A stretch of 64,000 bases of DNA. Source: a bacterium (GTDB lineage: Bacteria > Zhuqueibacterota > Zhuqueibacteria > Residuimicrobiales > Krinioviventaceae). Below, in pieces: positions 31,037 through 40,370 of the stretch (position 1 is its first letter; every line of letters starts with the position of its first letter). The notes under the pieces are model-generated. The model did not search any database and was not told the origin of the DNA. It worked only from the letters and a program-made list of their open reading frames with translations. Both the position numbers and the translations under genes were made by a program. The stretch spans positions 160,001 to 224,000 of the forward strand of contig CAXXFV010000029.1 in NCBI GenBank assembly GCA_963674595.2, read 5' to 3'.

Positions 31037-31065
31037 ATTATAATAAAATTAATTATAAAAGTCAA
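31037..31065 (-). promoter_or_regulatory. Near-consensus sigma70 promoter pointing at the DUF3800 3' end
   Basis: Minus strand TTGACT (31065-31060), 17-nt spacer, TATAAT (31042-31037). Confidence 0.7.
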
Positions 31066-31194
31066 GTATTTTACCAGGTAATGATAATTAATTTTTTATG
31101 CATCAGGAATGCTACCAAGGAAGCAATTAGCCGGGGGTTCCGGTCTGTGGGGATAAAAAAACAGTGGCTGGTCTTTATTAGCATCCCTCAGCAG

Positions 31195-31378
31195 CCTTTC
31201 GCCTCCGCTCGGAATGACGGATAGACAAACCTCAAGCGGACGCTGAGCGCGGTCGAAGCGGAATCAAAGCGGTGTCACCCTGAGCGGAGTCGAAGGGTGA
31301 CAAAAAAAGGACGGTTCTACCGCGCCATTAAAAGATCGATAAATACAACTAAACGATGCAGCAAAACGGCACACTGAC
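31195..31378. repeat. Cluster of REP-like palindromes
   Basis: TTCGCCTCCGCTCGGAATGAC, CGCTGAGCGCGGTCGAAGCG, GTCACCCTGAGCGGAGTCGAAGGGTGAC (31274-31301) and CGGTTCTACCGCGCCATT. Confidence 0.7.
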
Positions 31379-31399
31379 TATTAAAAAAGGAATACATCC

Positions 31400-32116
31400 A
31401 TGAAAATTATAAGAATTGCTATTTTTGTTTTTACACTCTTTTCTATTTCATACGGACAAGATTCATTAAAAAATTCAATTACAACGTTTGGCACAGTTCA
31501 ATTAAACATTCCGGCGGATTATGCGCAAGTGTCTTTTATCATTAATGCAAATGGATCAACATTAAGAGAAGCTGTTGACAAGGCGAAAAAAGTAGTCCAG
31601 TCAATTACCACTGATTTATTTGAAATGGGTCTAAGCAAGAATAGTATTTCCACAACTCACTTTTATAGCGGTGAAAATTTCGGGGGAAAATCTTTTTTTA
31701 CATCTAAAAATGACTATAAAACAGAGATAACTACTTTTGTTAGAGTTGACAGTCTTGATATTTTGGAGGATGTTGTATTAAAAATAAGCGATCATAAACC
31801 GGACGAAATATCAGATATATCATTTCAACTAAATAATCCGGAAAATTATAAAATGAAGGCTATAAATGAAGCAATTAAAAAAGCAAAACAAAAAGCAATT
31901 ATACTGGCAAAAGAAATGGATGTAGAAATTGACAAACCGATAAAAATCAAAGAGCTATTCGTGTCACAAGAAGCAAATTACAATTTTCGTGGACAAAGGA
32001 CGAATCATTTAAATGCAGTTTATATGGTTGATGGCGTGGACCAACTTGGTCAATCGATATATTCTGAAAAAATTAAAGTCGAAGCCCAGGTAGAATTAAT
32101 TGTGCTAATCAAGTGA
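31400..32116 (+). CDS. SIMPL (DUF541) domain protein
   Basis: Signal peptide, SITTFG...PADYAQVSF and AINEAIKKAKQKAIILAK. Confidence 0.85.
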   Translation: MKIIRIAIFVFTLFSISYGQDSLKNSITTFGTVQLNIPADYAQVSFIINANGSTLREAVDKAKKVVQSITTDLFEMGLSKNSISTTHFYSGENFGGKSFFTSKNDYKTEITTFVRVDSLDILEDVVLKISDHKPDEISDISFQLNNPENYKMKAINEAIKKAKQKAIILAKEMDVEIDKPIKIKELFVSQEANYNFRGQRTNHLNAVYMVDGVDQLGQSIYSEKIKVEAQVELIVLIK

Positions 32117-32261
32117 GTTCGTGATAGCTGCAAACAGGTTTTCTGCCCGCCCAGGCATTTTCTCAGGGCGTGAATAGCTGCGCGTAGTTAAAGCGGGAGC
32201 AAAAAGAAATCTCCAGGGTTAGCAGCCTGATCAAGTATAAATAAAAAACGGTAAAAAAATC

Positions 32262-32810
32262 ATGAAAAAAATAATTAAAAGTATTGCCTCAACTTTGCTT
32301 GCGTGTCTTTTTTACTGTTCAGCACAATATGTAAAACCGAATATTTCCGGCGCTCAGCTAGAATTTACAATCAGCAGTGATAATTCAATAGTAAACTCAC
32401 CGGACTCCTTGTTTAACGTATATTTAATGCTAACCAACAAGTCAACCCGGAAAATATGGGTAAAAAAAATGGGCTACATAAATTCCTATGGTGATAATAT
32501 ATTTTTATACCTTCAAACACCGGATGGCAAATTGCTGGAATGGCCTGAAGGTTTTACTGAGCCTTTTTTACAAAAAATCTATTTTAAAAAATTAAATCCA
32601 GGTGATTGCATTATTGAAAAATATGAAATCGCGCTAAAATATTTTGTTTTAAGAGATACTACCAACCTTTGCTTTGAAAAACACGATTTTTCAAAAGGAT
32701 TGTATCAGGTAATTTGCATTTATGATAATGAACATTTCCCTTTTAGTATGAAATCTCCTTCGTTTGAGGGCAGGCTGGAAAGCAATAAATTGAATGTGTT
32801 ATATCAATAA
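32262..32810 (+). CDS. Hypothetical secreted protein or lipoprotein
   Basis: Signal peptide, LNPG motif and C-terminal LESN typical of small Ig-like folds. Confidence 0.65.
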   Translation: MKKIIKSIASTLLACLFYCSAQYVKPNISGAQLEFTISSDNSIVNSPDSLFNVYLMLTNKSTRKIWVKKMGYINSYGDNIFLYLQTPDGKLLEWPEGFTEPFLQKIYFKKLNPGDCIIEKYEIALKYFVLRDTTNLCFEKHDFSKGLYQVICIYDNEHFPFSMKSPSFEGRLESNKLNVLYQ

Positions 32811-32865
32811 TTTAAAAAGCGCCATATCGTTAATTACTTTTTCAACAACATAAAGGCAACAACAA

Positions 32866-33396
32866 ATGGACATCCAAAATCTCAAAGAAATAAAACAACA
32901 ACTCATCACCGCATCCAATCCGGAATGGCAGAAAATTCTCGAATTAAGGTCTGCGGTACAAAAAGAGTTCCAGGACCATGAATCTTTATCCATACCCACC
33001 TTTGCAAAAATATTAAACTGGAGACTGGAAAAAGAATCGCAAGCCCAAAAAATAATAGACAGCACGCCCGCTGATTTTTTAAAAAACATTACCCACTGTT
33101 ATTACAAAACAGACTATCCCCATGACGAATTAAAAATCAAAATAAAAATGCACATCCTGCTCAGCATTCCCTGGATCGGCATCGGCATCGCTTCTGCGAT
33201 CATGGCTCTGCACGAGCCCCATCTTTATGGAACAATTGATGGACGGTCCTGGTCATCGTTATTTCAACAGCACAAAAAGACGTTGGCAATGAATGATTAT
33301 ATAAAATATCTTGAAAACATTCGTCCGTTGGCTGAAAAAGCCGGTTGTGATGTTCAGGAGATTGATTATATTTTATGGAAACTGGATGGGTTATAA
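32866..33396 (+). CDS. Hypothetical protein with a helix-hairpin-helix-like motif
   Basis: LLSIPWIGIGIASAIM...IDGR and C-terminal EIDYILW. Confidence 0.6.
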   Translation: MDIQNLKEIKQQLITASNPEWQKILELRSAVQKEFQDHESLSIPTFAKILNWRLEKESQAQKIIDSTPADFLKNITHCYYKTDYPHDELKIKIKMHILLSIPWIGIGIASAIMALHEPHLYGTIDGRSWSSLFQQHKKTLAMNDYIKYLENIRPLAEKAGCDVQEIDYILWKLDGL

Positions 33397-33486
33397 ACAA
33401 TTACCCGCGTTTTATTTCAGGAATAATTTTATCATATTGGGTATTGGAATCCCTGGTCAAACGAACATTATTAAAAAAGGCATAAT

Positions 33487-33831
33487 ATGATAATAAGAAA
33501 AGAACATGCCGTCAAAATTGATTTTGACGGTTTAAACATAATGGATTATACATCAGGTCTTGATGAATTGTCATCTTTTGCTGTTATCAATGTTCCAAAG
33601 AACGTCAGGCATAAATTATCATGGTCAAAAAGATCTGATAAATATTATTATGTCATAGAAGGTGAGATAAAATTTTCAATAGATTCTGATTTGGTTATTC
33701 TTCATCAAGGTGATTTTTGCATTATAAAAAAAGGGACCCGGTTTTTTTATCACAACGAATCAGACCGTGATGTCAGGCTCATATTGGTCCATACTCCTGA
33801 CTTTGATATAAATGAAGAGGTATTTGAATAA
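33487..33831 (+). CDS. Cupin domain protein
   Basis: YYVIEGEIKF...LHQGDFCII. Confidence 0.75.
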   Translation: MIIRKEHAVKIDFDGLNIMDYTSGLDELSSFAVINVPKNVRHKLSWSKRSDKYYYVIEGEIKFSIDSDLVILHQGDFCIIKKGTRFFYHNESDRDVRLILVHTPDFDINEEVFE

Positions 33832-33968
33832 ATTTATTAATGAATATACGATGAATTTATTAATTCCGTCATTCTATAAGAACCGTCCCGAAATAAAGGT
33901 CAGATTTTAAGCCAGGAAGGTACCTCCGGCATGACAATTCGGTTTTTTTAATTGCTACACAACTGAAA

Positions 33969-34014
33969 CAGGGTGCCGGTTCTACCGCACCATTCGTTAT
34001 AAATAAATACAATT
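33969..34014. repeat. REP-like element of the same family as 25676-25704
   Basis: CAGGGTGCCGGTTCTACCGCACCATTCG...AATAAATACA. Confidence 0.6.
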
Positions 34015-34038
34015 AAAGGTATCGTTAAGCTGTATCCA

Positions 34039-34743
34039 ATGACTTTTTTAATTGTAAAAGTTTTTAATGGAAATAAAATGAAAAAATTATTTTTAATTCA
34101 TTTTGCGGCATACTTTCTAATAACCAATCTTTATGGACAACAAATAAAATATTATCATAAATTTAGAACATCGGATTCGCATATTATTTTACTAAATTGG
34201 TGTATAGAGCCAAATGAAAAAGGTGAAAAATATATAATAGAAACTGTCGATGATTCCTCACGTGTTATTGAATTACGTTTTATTAATAATGGTTCTTTAA
34301 TAGAATGTGATTGTTATAACAATCCAATTATTAAATTTAAATATGAGCCCAATAAAATAATTCAATTTAACTATTGTAATGATTCAACATTATCTGCAGG
34401 GATAGAATGTGGAGCACCCGCCAAAATTGAATATAAATTAAAAGATAATCTTATTATAGATTGTCGCGAGTTTCCCGACTATGATACATATTTAAATGGT
34501 AATTTTGAACTAGATGATGAATTTAGAAAACAACTTGAAAATGAGAAAGAATTAAATAAGGACGGCATAAAAAGTAATTATACATATATTGAAGGGTATG
34601 TTTTCTCAAGGTCTAAATATAAAGGATTTTTACCTGTTAGTAGTCAATTTGAGGCAGGTGATTTTTATTTACCTTATTCAGACAATGCACTCGACAGTGA
34701 ATTTTCTATAAAATTTAGCAAGTTATTACATCAAAAAAATTAA
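34039..34743 (+). CDS. Hypothetical secreted protein, low GC
   Basis: Signal peptide from the ATG at 34078. Confidence 0.65.
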   Translation: MTFLIVKVFNGNKMKKLFLIHFAAYFLITNLYGQQIKYYHKFRTSDSHIILLNWCIEPNEKGEKYIIETVDDSSRVIELRFINNGSLIECDCYNNPIIKFKYEPNKIIQFNYCNDSTLSAGIECGAPAKIEYKLKDNLIIDCREFPDYDTYLNGNFELDDEFRKQLENEKELNKDGIKSNYTYIEGYVFSRSKYKGFLPVSSQFEAGDFYLPYSDNALDSEFSIKFSKLLHQKN

Positions 34744-35004
34744 GAATAAAATAAATTCATATCAAGATATCTTGTTATTAATTCTATTTACCGGGGGCTG
34801 CAATCCCTCAACAAGCAAAACCAGGGAACTTTTTACCGGATAAACACGTAAACATTGACAAAAAATATCATTCTCCCTAAAATTCATAAGGATAAAAGGA
34901 ACAGGGTATCAACCCGGAAAGAAATTTGGGTTTCCGGGCACGGCAGCCTCCGAACAAGCGGATAATATCAGAAAAAGTTATTCTCTAAATTACATGGAGT
35001 TCAA

Positions 35005-35607
35005 TTGAAAACAGCCAAGATCGACAATCAAAGGAAAAAAATTTTAAATAATTTTATCATTAATACCTTACTACTGCTTGCCGGAATTCTTGTGATTATT
35101 TCCGGATTGAGCCTGCAAATCGGCTATCATATGGGAGGGCACGAAAAACATGATCGTGACAATTTTACAGCACAAGATCATACTAAAAATACCGGATATG
35201 AAAATCAGGTATCCTATGAGCAAACAAGGGGAATTGATACGGCAAAAAGAGTACTGGCTCTTGACTATCACGATTGGTCGGCCCTTCACAAATATACCAT
35301 TATCTCTTTTTCACTGTTTATGATATTTCACATAACAGTTCACTGGAAATGGTATAAAGCAATACTATCCAAAAAGTTGTTAGGTAAAAACAAACAAATG
35401 ACGATATTAACGGCGTTATTTCTTTTGGTATCTTTAACCGGTTTAATTCCCTGGTTCATTGATTTGGCAGGGAGCACCGCCGAGATGCAATTGTTGCTTA
35501 TCGAACTGCACGATAAACTTGCCCTGTTGTTTATAATTTTTATCGTCCTGCATTTAACAAAAAGGACCGGGTGGTATACATTGGCATTAAAAAAATTGTA
35601 TCAATGA
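35005..35607 (+). CDS. DUF4405-like membrane protein (His-containing TM helices)
   Basis: W..LH...FHITVHWKW and LHDKLALL...VLHL. Confidence 0.7.
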   Translation: MKTAKIDNQRKKILNNFIINTLLLLAGILVIISGLSLQIGYHMGGHEKHDRDNFTAQDHTKNTGYENQVSYEQTRGIDTAKRVLALDYHDWSALHKYTIISFSLFMIFHITVHWKWYKAILSKKLLGKNKQMTILTALFLLVSLTGLIPWFIDLAGSTAEMQLLLIELHDKLALLFIIFIVLHLTKRTGWYTLALKKLYQ

Positions 35608-35755
35608 CATCGATAAAAAGTCCGGCATGTAATCAAGCCTGACGCTGCCCGCACAGTAACTGGAACCCCTCCCTGGACGGGCAAGTGTATCTCTGCTTCT
35701 CACCTTAAAAAAACTCATAAAATCAATAATAGTAATTGATATAATTAACAGTTCT

Positions 35756-36682
35756 GTGTATTTTAAGAATAAAACAATTCAACATTGTTATCATTCGTTC
35801 CACCGGAAAGGAGATCACAGAATGTTAATAAATAATAATTTTACACGCCGTACGTTTTTTCAGCTAAGCGCAACAGCCCTGTCGGGAATGTGTTTCGCAG
35901 GTGTTAATTGCTGTAAAAAAGAGACCGCCAAAACAACTATTCCAATCGGTATGCAGCTCTATTGTGTGCGCCATGAATGCCAGGAAGACCTGCCCGGCAC
36001 CATTGCTAAAGTAGCCCAAATGGGTTACCAGGGCGTTGAATTTGCCGATTATTTTGGATATTCCGCACCGGAACTGCGAAAAATGCTGGATGATAACAAT
36101 CTGCAATGCTGTGGAACGCATATTCTTATCGAGACGTTGCAGGGCGATGAGCTGGAAAAGACCATCGAATTTAATAAAATACTCGGCAACAAGTATCTCA
36201 TTGTTCGTTCACTGGATCATAATGTCTATAACTCAAAAGAAAAATGGATTGAGGTATCCGGAATTTTCAACACTATTGCAGAAAAAGTAAAACCGCACGG
36301 TATGAAAGTGGGCTATCACAATCACGGTTACGAGTATAACGCCATTGACGGAGAAATTCCCTGGGATATTTTTGCGGACAATACCAGTAAGGACGTTATC
36401 ATGCAGTTGGATACCGGCAACTGCTCCAATGCAGGCGCTGACGCGCTGCATTACCTGAAACGAAATCCGGGCCGGACAGCCACCTGCCATTTAAAACCCT
36501 ATTCCACAACCCATGAAAATGCCATTATCGGCGAAGACGAACTGGACTGGAAAGAGATTATAAAAACCTGTGAAACGACAGCCGGTGTCGAATGGTATAT
36601 TATTGAATATGAGAAAAAAGGTATAGAGCCGCTGCAAGCCATGAAAATGAATCTTGAAAATTTTAAGAAACTGCTGGGCTGA
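35756..36682 (+). CDS. Sugar phosphate isomerase/epimerase (xylose isomerase-like TIM barrel) with Tat signal
   Basis: TRRTFF Tat motif (likely start 35822, RBS AAGGAG), GMQLYCVR, GYHNH, QLDTGN and HLK. Confidence 0.85.
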   Translation: MYFKNKTIQHCYHSFHRKGDHRMLINNNFTRRTFFQLSATALSGMCFAGVNCCKKETAKTTIPIGMQLYCVRHECQEDLPGTIAKVAQMGYQGVEFADYFGYSAPELRKMLDDNNLQCCGTHILIETLQGDELEKTIEFNKILGNKYLIVRSLDHNVYNSKEKWIEVSGIFNTIAEKVKPHGMKVGYHNHGYEYNAIDGEIPWDIFADNTSKDVIMQLDTGNCSNAGADALHYLKRNPGRTATCHLKPYSTTHENAIIGEDELDWKEIIKTCETTAGVEWYIIEYEKKGIEPLQAMKMNLENFKKLLG

Positions 36683-36770
36683 TAATCGGATATTCCCTGT
36701 TTGCACCGGGATACCTTTCCGGTGCAAATGGACCCTGCTTTTTCACATGGTATAAATCCAGGAGCGAAAA

Positions 36771-38303
36771 TTGAAAAAAATTTTAATAACGGTCGTATTG
36801 TCCCTGTTTGTTTATCTGTCATGTCAAAACCTTAAACCTTATAAAGGCAATAATGTTGTCTTTATTTCGGAAAAAGACACGGCAAAAGACATTATTCACA
36901 AAGCAGCAAACGTAACACCGGCGCCAAGACAGGTGGCGTGGCAGGAAATGGAATTTACCGCGTTTATTCACTTTACGGTAAATACGTTTACCGACGAAGA
37001 GTGGGGCCACGGTGACGAAGATCCGCAAATTTTTAATCCCACGGAACTGGATGCCCGGCAATGGGCACAGGTGTGTAAACAAGCCGGTATGAAAATGATC
37101 ATTTTAACCGCCAAACATCATGACGGATTTTGTTTATGGCCGAGTAAGTTTACCGAGCATTCCGTTAAAAACAGTCCATGGAAAAATGGTCAGGGCGATG
37201 TGGTCCGCGATGTTGCAGATGCCTGTAAAGAGTTTGGACTAAAATTCGGCGTTTACCTGTCTCCCTGGGACCGTCATGAGCCGACTTATGGCGATTCACC
37301 CAGGTATAATGAATATTTTAGAAACCAGCTCACCGAATTGCTGACAAATTATGGCCGGGTGGATGAAGTGTGGTTTGACGGCGCTTGCGGTGAAGGTCCG
37401 AACGGGAAACGGCAGGTCTATGATTTTCAAAGCTATTACAGCCTGATTCGAAAATTGCAGCCGCAGGCCGTTATTGCTATTGCCGGTCCGGATGTGCGCT
37501 GGGTGGGAACAGAAGCCGGTTACGGCCGGACAACAGAGTGGAGCGTTTTACCGGCGCAGTTAAGAAACCCTGATAAAGTTGCAGCAGAATCACAGCAGAA
37601 TGTTAATTTTAAACCCATGGGAAATTCTAAAGATGCCGACCTTGGCAGCCGTGACAAAATCATGGACGCCAAAACACTGATCTGGTTTCCCAGCGAGGTG
37701 GATGTGTCGATCCGGCCGGGATGGTTTTATCACGCTGCTGAGGACAGCCTGGTCAAGTCACCGGAAAAACTGGTGGATATTTATTTCAGTTCAGTGGGCA
37801 GAAATTCTTTGCTGCTGCTGAACATCCCCCCGGACCGCCGCGGTCTGATTAATGAAAACGACGTTAAAAGTTTACAGGGTATGCGTAAAATTCTGGATAT
37901 GACTTTTGCAGAAAACCTGGCCGCAGGAGCGAAAGTATCAGCAAGTTCAGTTTTAAAAGGCCACCAGCCAAACAAAACCATTGACGAAAACTATGACACC
38001 TATTGGCAGGCGGCTGAAAATGAATCCAGCGCCGCGCTTGAATTTGATCTGGGCAGTGAAAAAGTTTTTGACCGCTTGATGCTGCAGGAACAGATCCGTG
38101 CAGGACAGCGCATTGAAAAATTTTCTCTTCAGGCGCAGATCGATCAGCAATGGCAGACAGTAGCCGGGGGCACAACCGTGGGTTATAAAAGACTGCTGCG
38201 GTTTCCGGCCGTCAAATCCGCCAAAGTGCGGCTGGTTATTGAAGAATCACGCACCACACCGACTATAGCCGAATTCGGTTTGTTTAAAGGGCCGCAAGAG
38301 TAA
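36771..38303 (+). CDS. Alpha-L-fucosidase (GH29) with C-terminal F5/8 type C domain
   Basis: TAKHHDGFCLWPS, YLSPWD, EVWFDGA, DVSIRPGWFYH and SVGRNS. Confidence 0.93.
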   Translation: MKKILITVVLSLFVYLSCQNLKPYKGNNVVFISEKDTAKDIIHKAANVTPAPRQVAWQEMEFTAFIHFTVNTFTDEEWGHGDEDPQIFNPTELDARQWAQVCKQAGMKMIILTAKHHDGFCLWPSKFTEHSVKNSPWKNGQGDVVRDVADACKEFGLKFGVYLSPWDRHEPTYGDSPRYNEYFRNQLTELLTNYGRVDEVWFDGACGEGPNGKRQVYDFQSYYSLIRKLQPQAVIAIAGPDVRWVGTEAGYGRTTEWSVLPAQLRNPDKVAAESQQNVNFKPMGNSKDADLGSRDKIMDAKTLIWFPSEVDVSIRPGWFYHAAEDSLVKSPEKLVDIYFSSVGRNSLLLLNIPPDRRGLINENDVKSLQGMRKILDMTFAENLAAGAKVSASSVLKGHQPNKTIDENYDTYWQAAENESSAALEFDLGSEKVFDRLMLQEQIRAGQRIEKFSLQAQIDQQWQTVAGGTTVGYKRLLRFPAVKSAKVRLVIEESRTTPTIAEFGLFKGPQE

Positions 38304-38461
38304 ACATTGAAAACCAGGTGCTGTTTTTATAAGCAGCATACCGGGGGATTGTTTTCATATCTAAAAAATCAGATCAGCCGATTTTTTTCTGCCTTGTCTG
38401 ATTTTATTTTTTGACCTGCCTTATATTTTTTGTATTTTATACAATCATCTGATGTATTACT

Positions 38462-39658
38462 TTGCCCGCAAAAAGAGCAATCAACTCTACCCAAAATATA
38501 AAAAGTGAGATTAATCTTCCTATGAAATTTGATTTTGACAAGATTATAGACCGAAGGGGTACCAACAGCCTTAAATGGGAGGTTTACAAAAACCGGGACA
38601 TTTTGCCCTTATGGGTGGCGGACATGGATTTTGAATCACCGCCCGCCGTCATGTCGGCGCTAAAAGAACGTATTGAGCACGGTGTTTTCGGCTATACGCT
38701 GGCCCCGATGCAATTAACGGAAACAGTTGTCGAGAGAATGGAAAATTTATACCAGTGGCGCATCCAGCCTGAATGGATTATCTGGCTGCCCGGATTGGTT
38801 ACGGGCATCAATGTTGCCTGCCGGACCGTGGGCAATAAAGGCGACGGTGTTGTCACCAACGTGCCTGTTTATCCGCCGTTTCTGTCCGCACCGGTATTTG
38901 CAGACAAACAACTGATCACGTTTCCCGTGCAAAAAAACAATCAAAAATGGGAATTTGATTTTTCAGCATTTGAAAAGGCTGTAACAAAAGGAGCAAAACT
39001 TTTCCTGCTTTGCAGCCCGCACAATCCCCTGGGACGTATTTTTTCACATGACGAATTGCATCAAATTTGTTCTATCTGTGATAAACATGATGTTATTATC
39101 TGTTCCGATGAGATTCACTGTGAACTGCTGCTGGACGAACATAAAAAACACATTCCCACAGCCGCTTTGAATCCCAATATCTCCCAACGGACCATCACAC
39201 TCATGGCGCCTAGTAAAACCTTTAATATTCCGGGAATGGGGCTCTCTTTTGCCATTATCGAAAACCCGGAACTGCGGAAAAAGTTTGAACAGGCCATGGC
39301 CGGTATTGTACCGCATGTTAATGCGTTGGGCTACACCGCAGCGCTGGCCGCCTATTTACACGGAAAAGAGTGGAAAAAATCTTTATTGAATTATTTGCAG
39401 GGAAATCACGATCTTGTGCTGCAAAGGATAAACCAAATGCCCGGACTGGATACCACACCGGTTGAGGCCACCTATCTTTCATGGATCGACGCCCGGGAAA
39501 CCGGCATTGAAAATCCCCATACCTTTTTCGAACAAGCAGGTGTGGGCCTTTCCAACGGCAAAGAGTTCGGCGCTGAAGGATTTGTACGCCTTAATTTCGG
39601 CTGTTCCCGGCACACACTTTTACAGGCCCTTGAACGTATGGAAAAGGCGTTAACCTGA
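38462..39658 (+). CDS. PatB/MalY family PLP-dependent C-S lyase
   Basis: LPLWVADMDF, CSPHNP, SDEIH, APSKTFN and RLNFGC. Likely start 38522. Confidence 0.92.
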   Translation: MPAKRAINSTQNIKSEINLPMKFDFDKIIDRRGTNSLKWEVYKNRDILPLWVADMDFESPPAVMSALKERIEHGVFGYTLAPMQLTETVVERMENLYQWRIQPEWIIWLPGLVTGINVACRTVGNKGDGVVTNVPVYPPFLSAPVFADKQLITFPVQKNNQKWEFDFSAFEKAVTKGAKLFLLCSPHNPLGRIFSHDELHQICSICDKHDVIICSDEIHCELLLDEHKKHIPTAALNPNISQRTITLMAPSKTFNIPGMGLSFAIIENPELRKKFEQAMAGIVPHVNALGYTAALAAYLHGKEWKKSLLNYLQGNHDLVLQRINQMPGLDTTPVEATYLSWIDARETGIENPHTFFEQAGVGLSNGKEFGAEGFVRLNFGCSRHTLLQALERMEKALT

Positions 39659-39783
39659 TTTTTAAAAACAGTTAATCAACATGAAACACGATTCTTGTCG
39701 TTACCAAAATGTTATTTCTACACACTTTAACAGAACCGGTAAAATATAAAATCCATATCAGGTACTTTTATTGAACGCAAAAA

Positions 39784-40344
39784 GTGTATTGTAATACGAA
39801 TAATAAAATGGAAATTGCAAAACGAACAAAAAGCAATATGAATAGTTTATTCCGTCTTGTAAAAATCGAGCTGATACAGACGATCGGCATATCGACAATG
39901 CTGACCGGGTCTCAACAAAAAAATTTTACCATCATTTCAGGACTGTGGAAACAGTTTAATGCTGAAATCCATAAAATAAAAAACAGGGGTTTAACTAAAG
40001 ACAATTGGGAAAAATTTGGGATAACCTATACACAACATCACGAATATTTTTATGCAGCAACCATACAATACACGCCTGATATGATTCCCCCCAAATCAAT
40101 GATACGTAAAGACATTGTTCAGGGACAATATGCGTGTTTTGTCCATACCGGAAACTTTAACAAAATAAAATCAACGATTTATAACATTTATAAAAATATT
40201 TTACCGGAAAACAACCTGATACCGGATAAAACAAAACTGATTTATTTTGAAAAATACGACAACAGATTTCATTGGAACAAACCAGGCTCTGTGATTGAGA
40301 TATTTGTACCCATAAAAACCGGTATCTCCTCTTCCCTGTCGTAA
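39784..40344 (+). CDS. GyrI-like small-molecule-binding domain protein
   Basis: GQYACFVHTG and FEKYDNRF...IEIFVPI. Confidence 0.8.
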   Translation: MYCNTNNKMEIAKRTKSNMNSLFRLVKIELIQTIGISTMLTGSQQKNFTIISGLWKQFNAEIHKIKNRGLTKDNWEKFGITYTQHHEYFYAATIQYTPDMIPPKSMIRKDIVQGQYACFVHTGNFNKIKSTIYNIYKNILPENNLIPDKTKLIYFEKYDNRFHWNKPGSVIEIFVPIKTGISSSLS

Positions 40345-40370
40345 GAACCTCATCAGATAAGGAGCGAACA

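Noticed and set aside
24963-35607. Classical integron with attC sites
   Set aside because: No tyrosine integrase is present. Only isolated GTTRRRY-like words (e.g. near 34024) were seen, without convincing paired R''/R' boxes.
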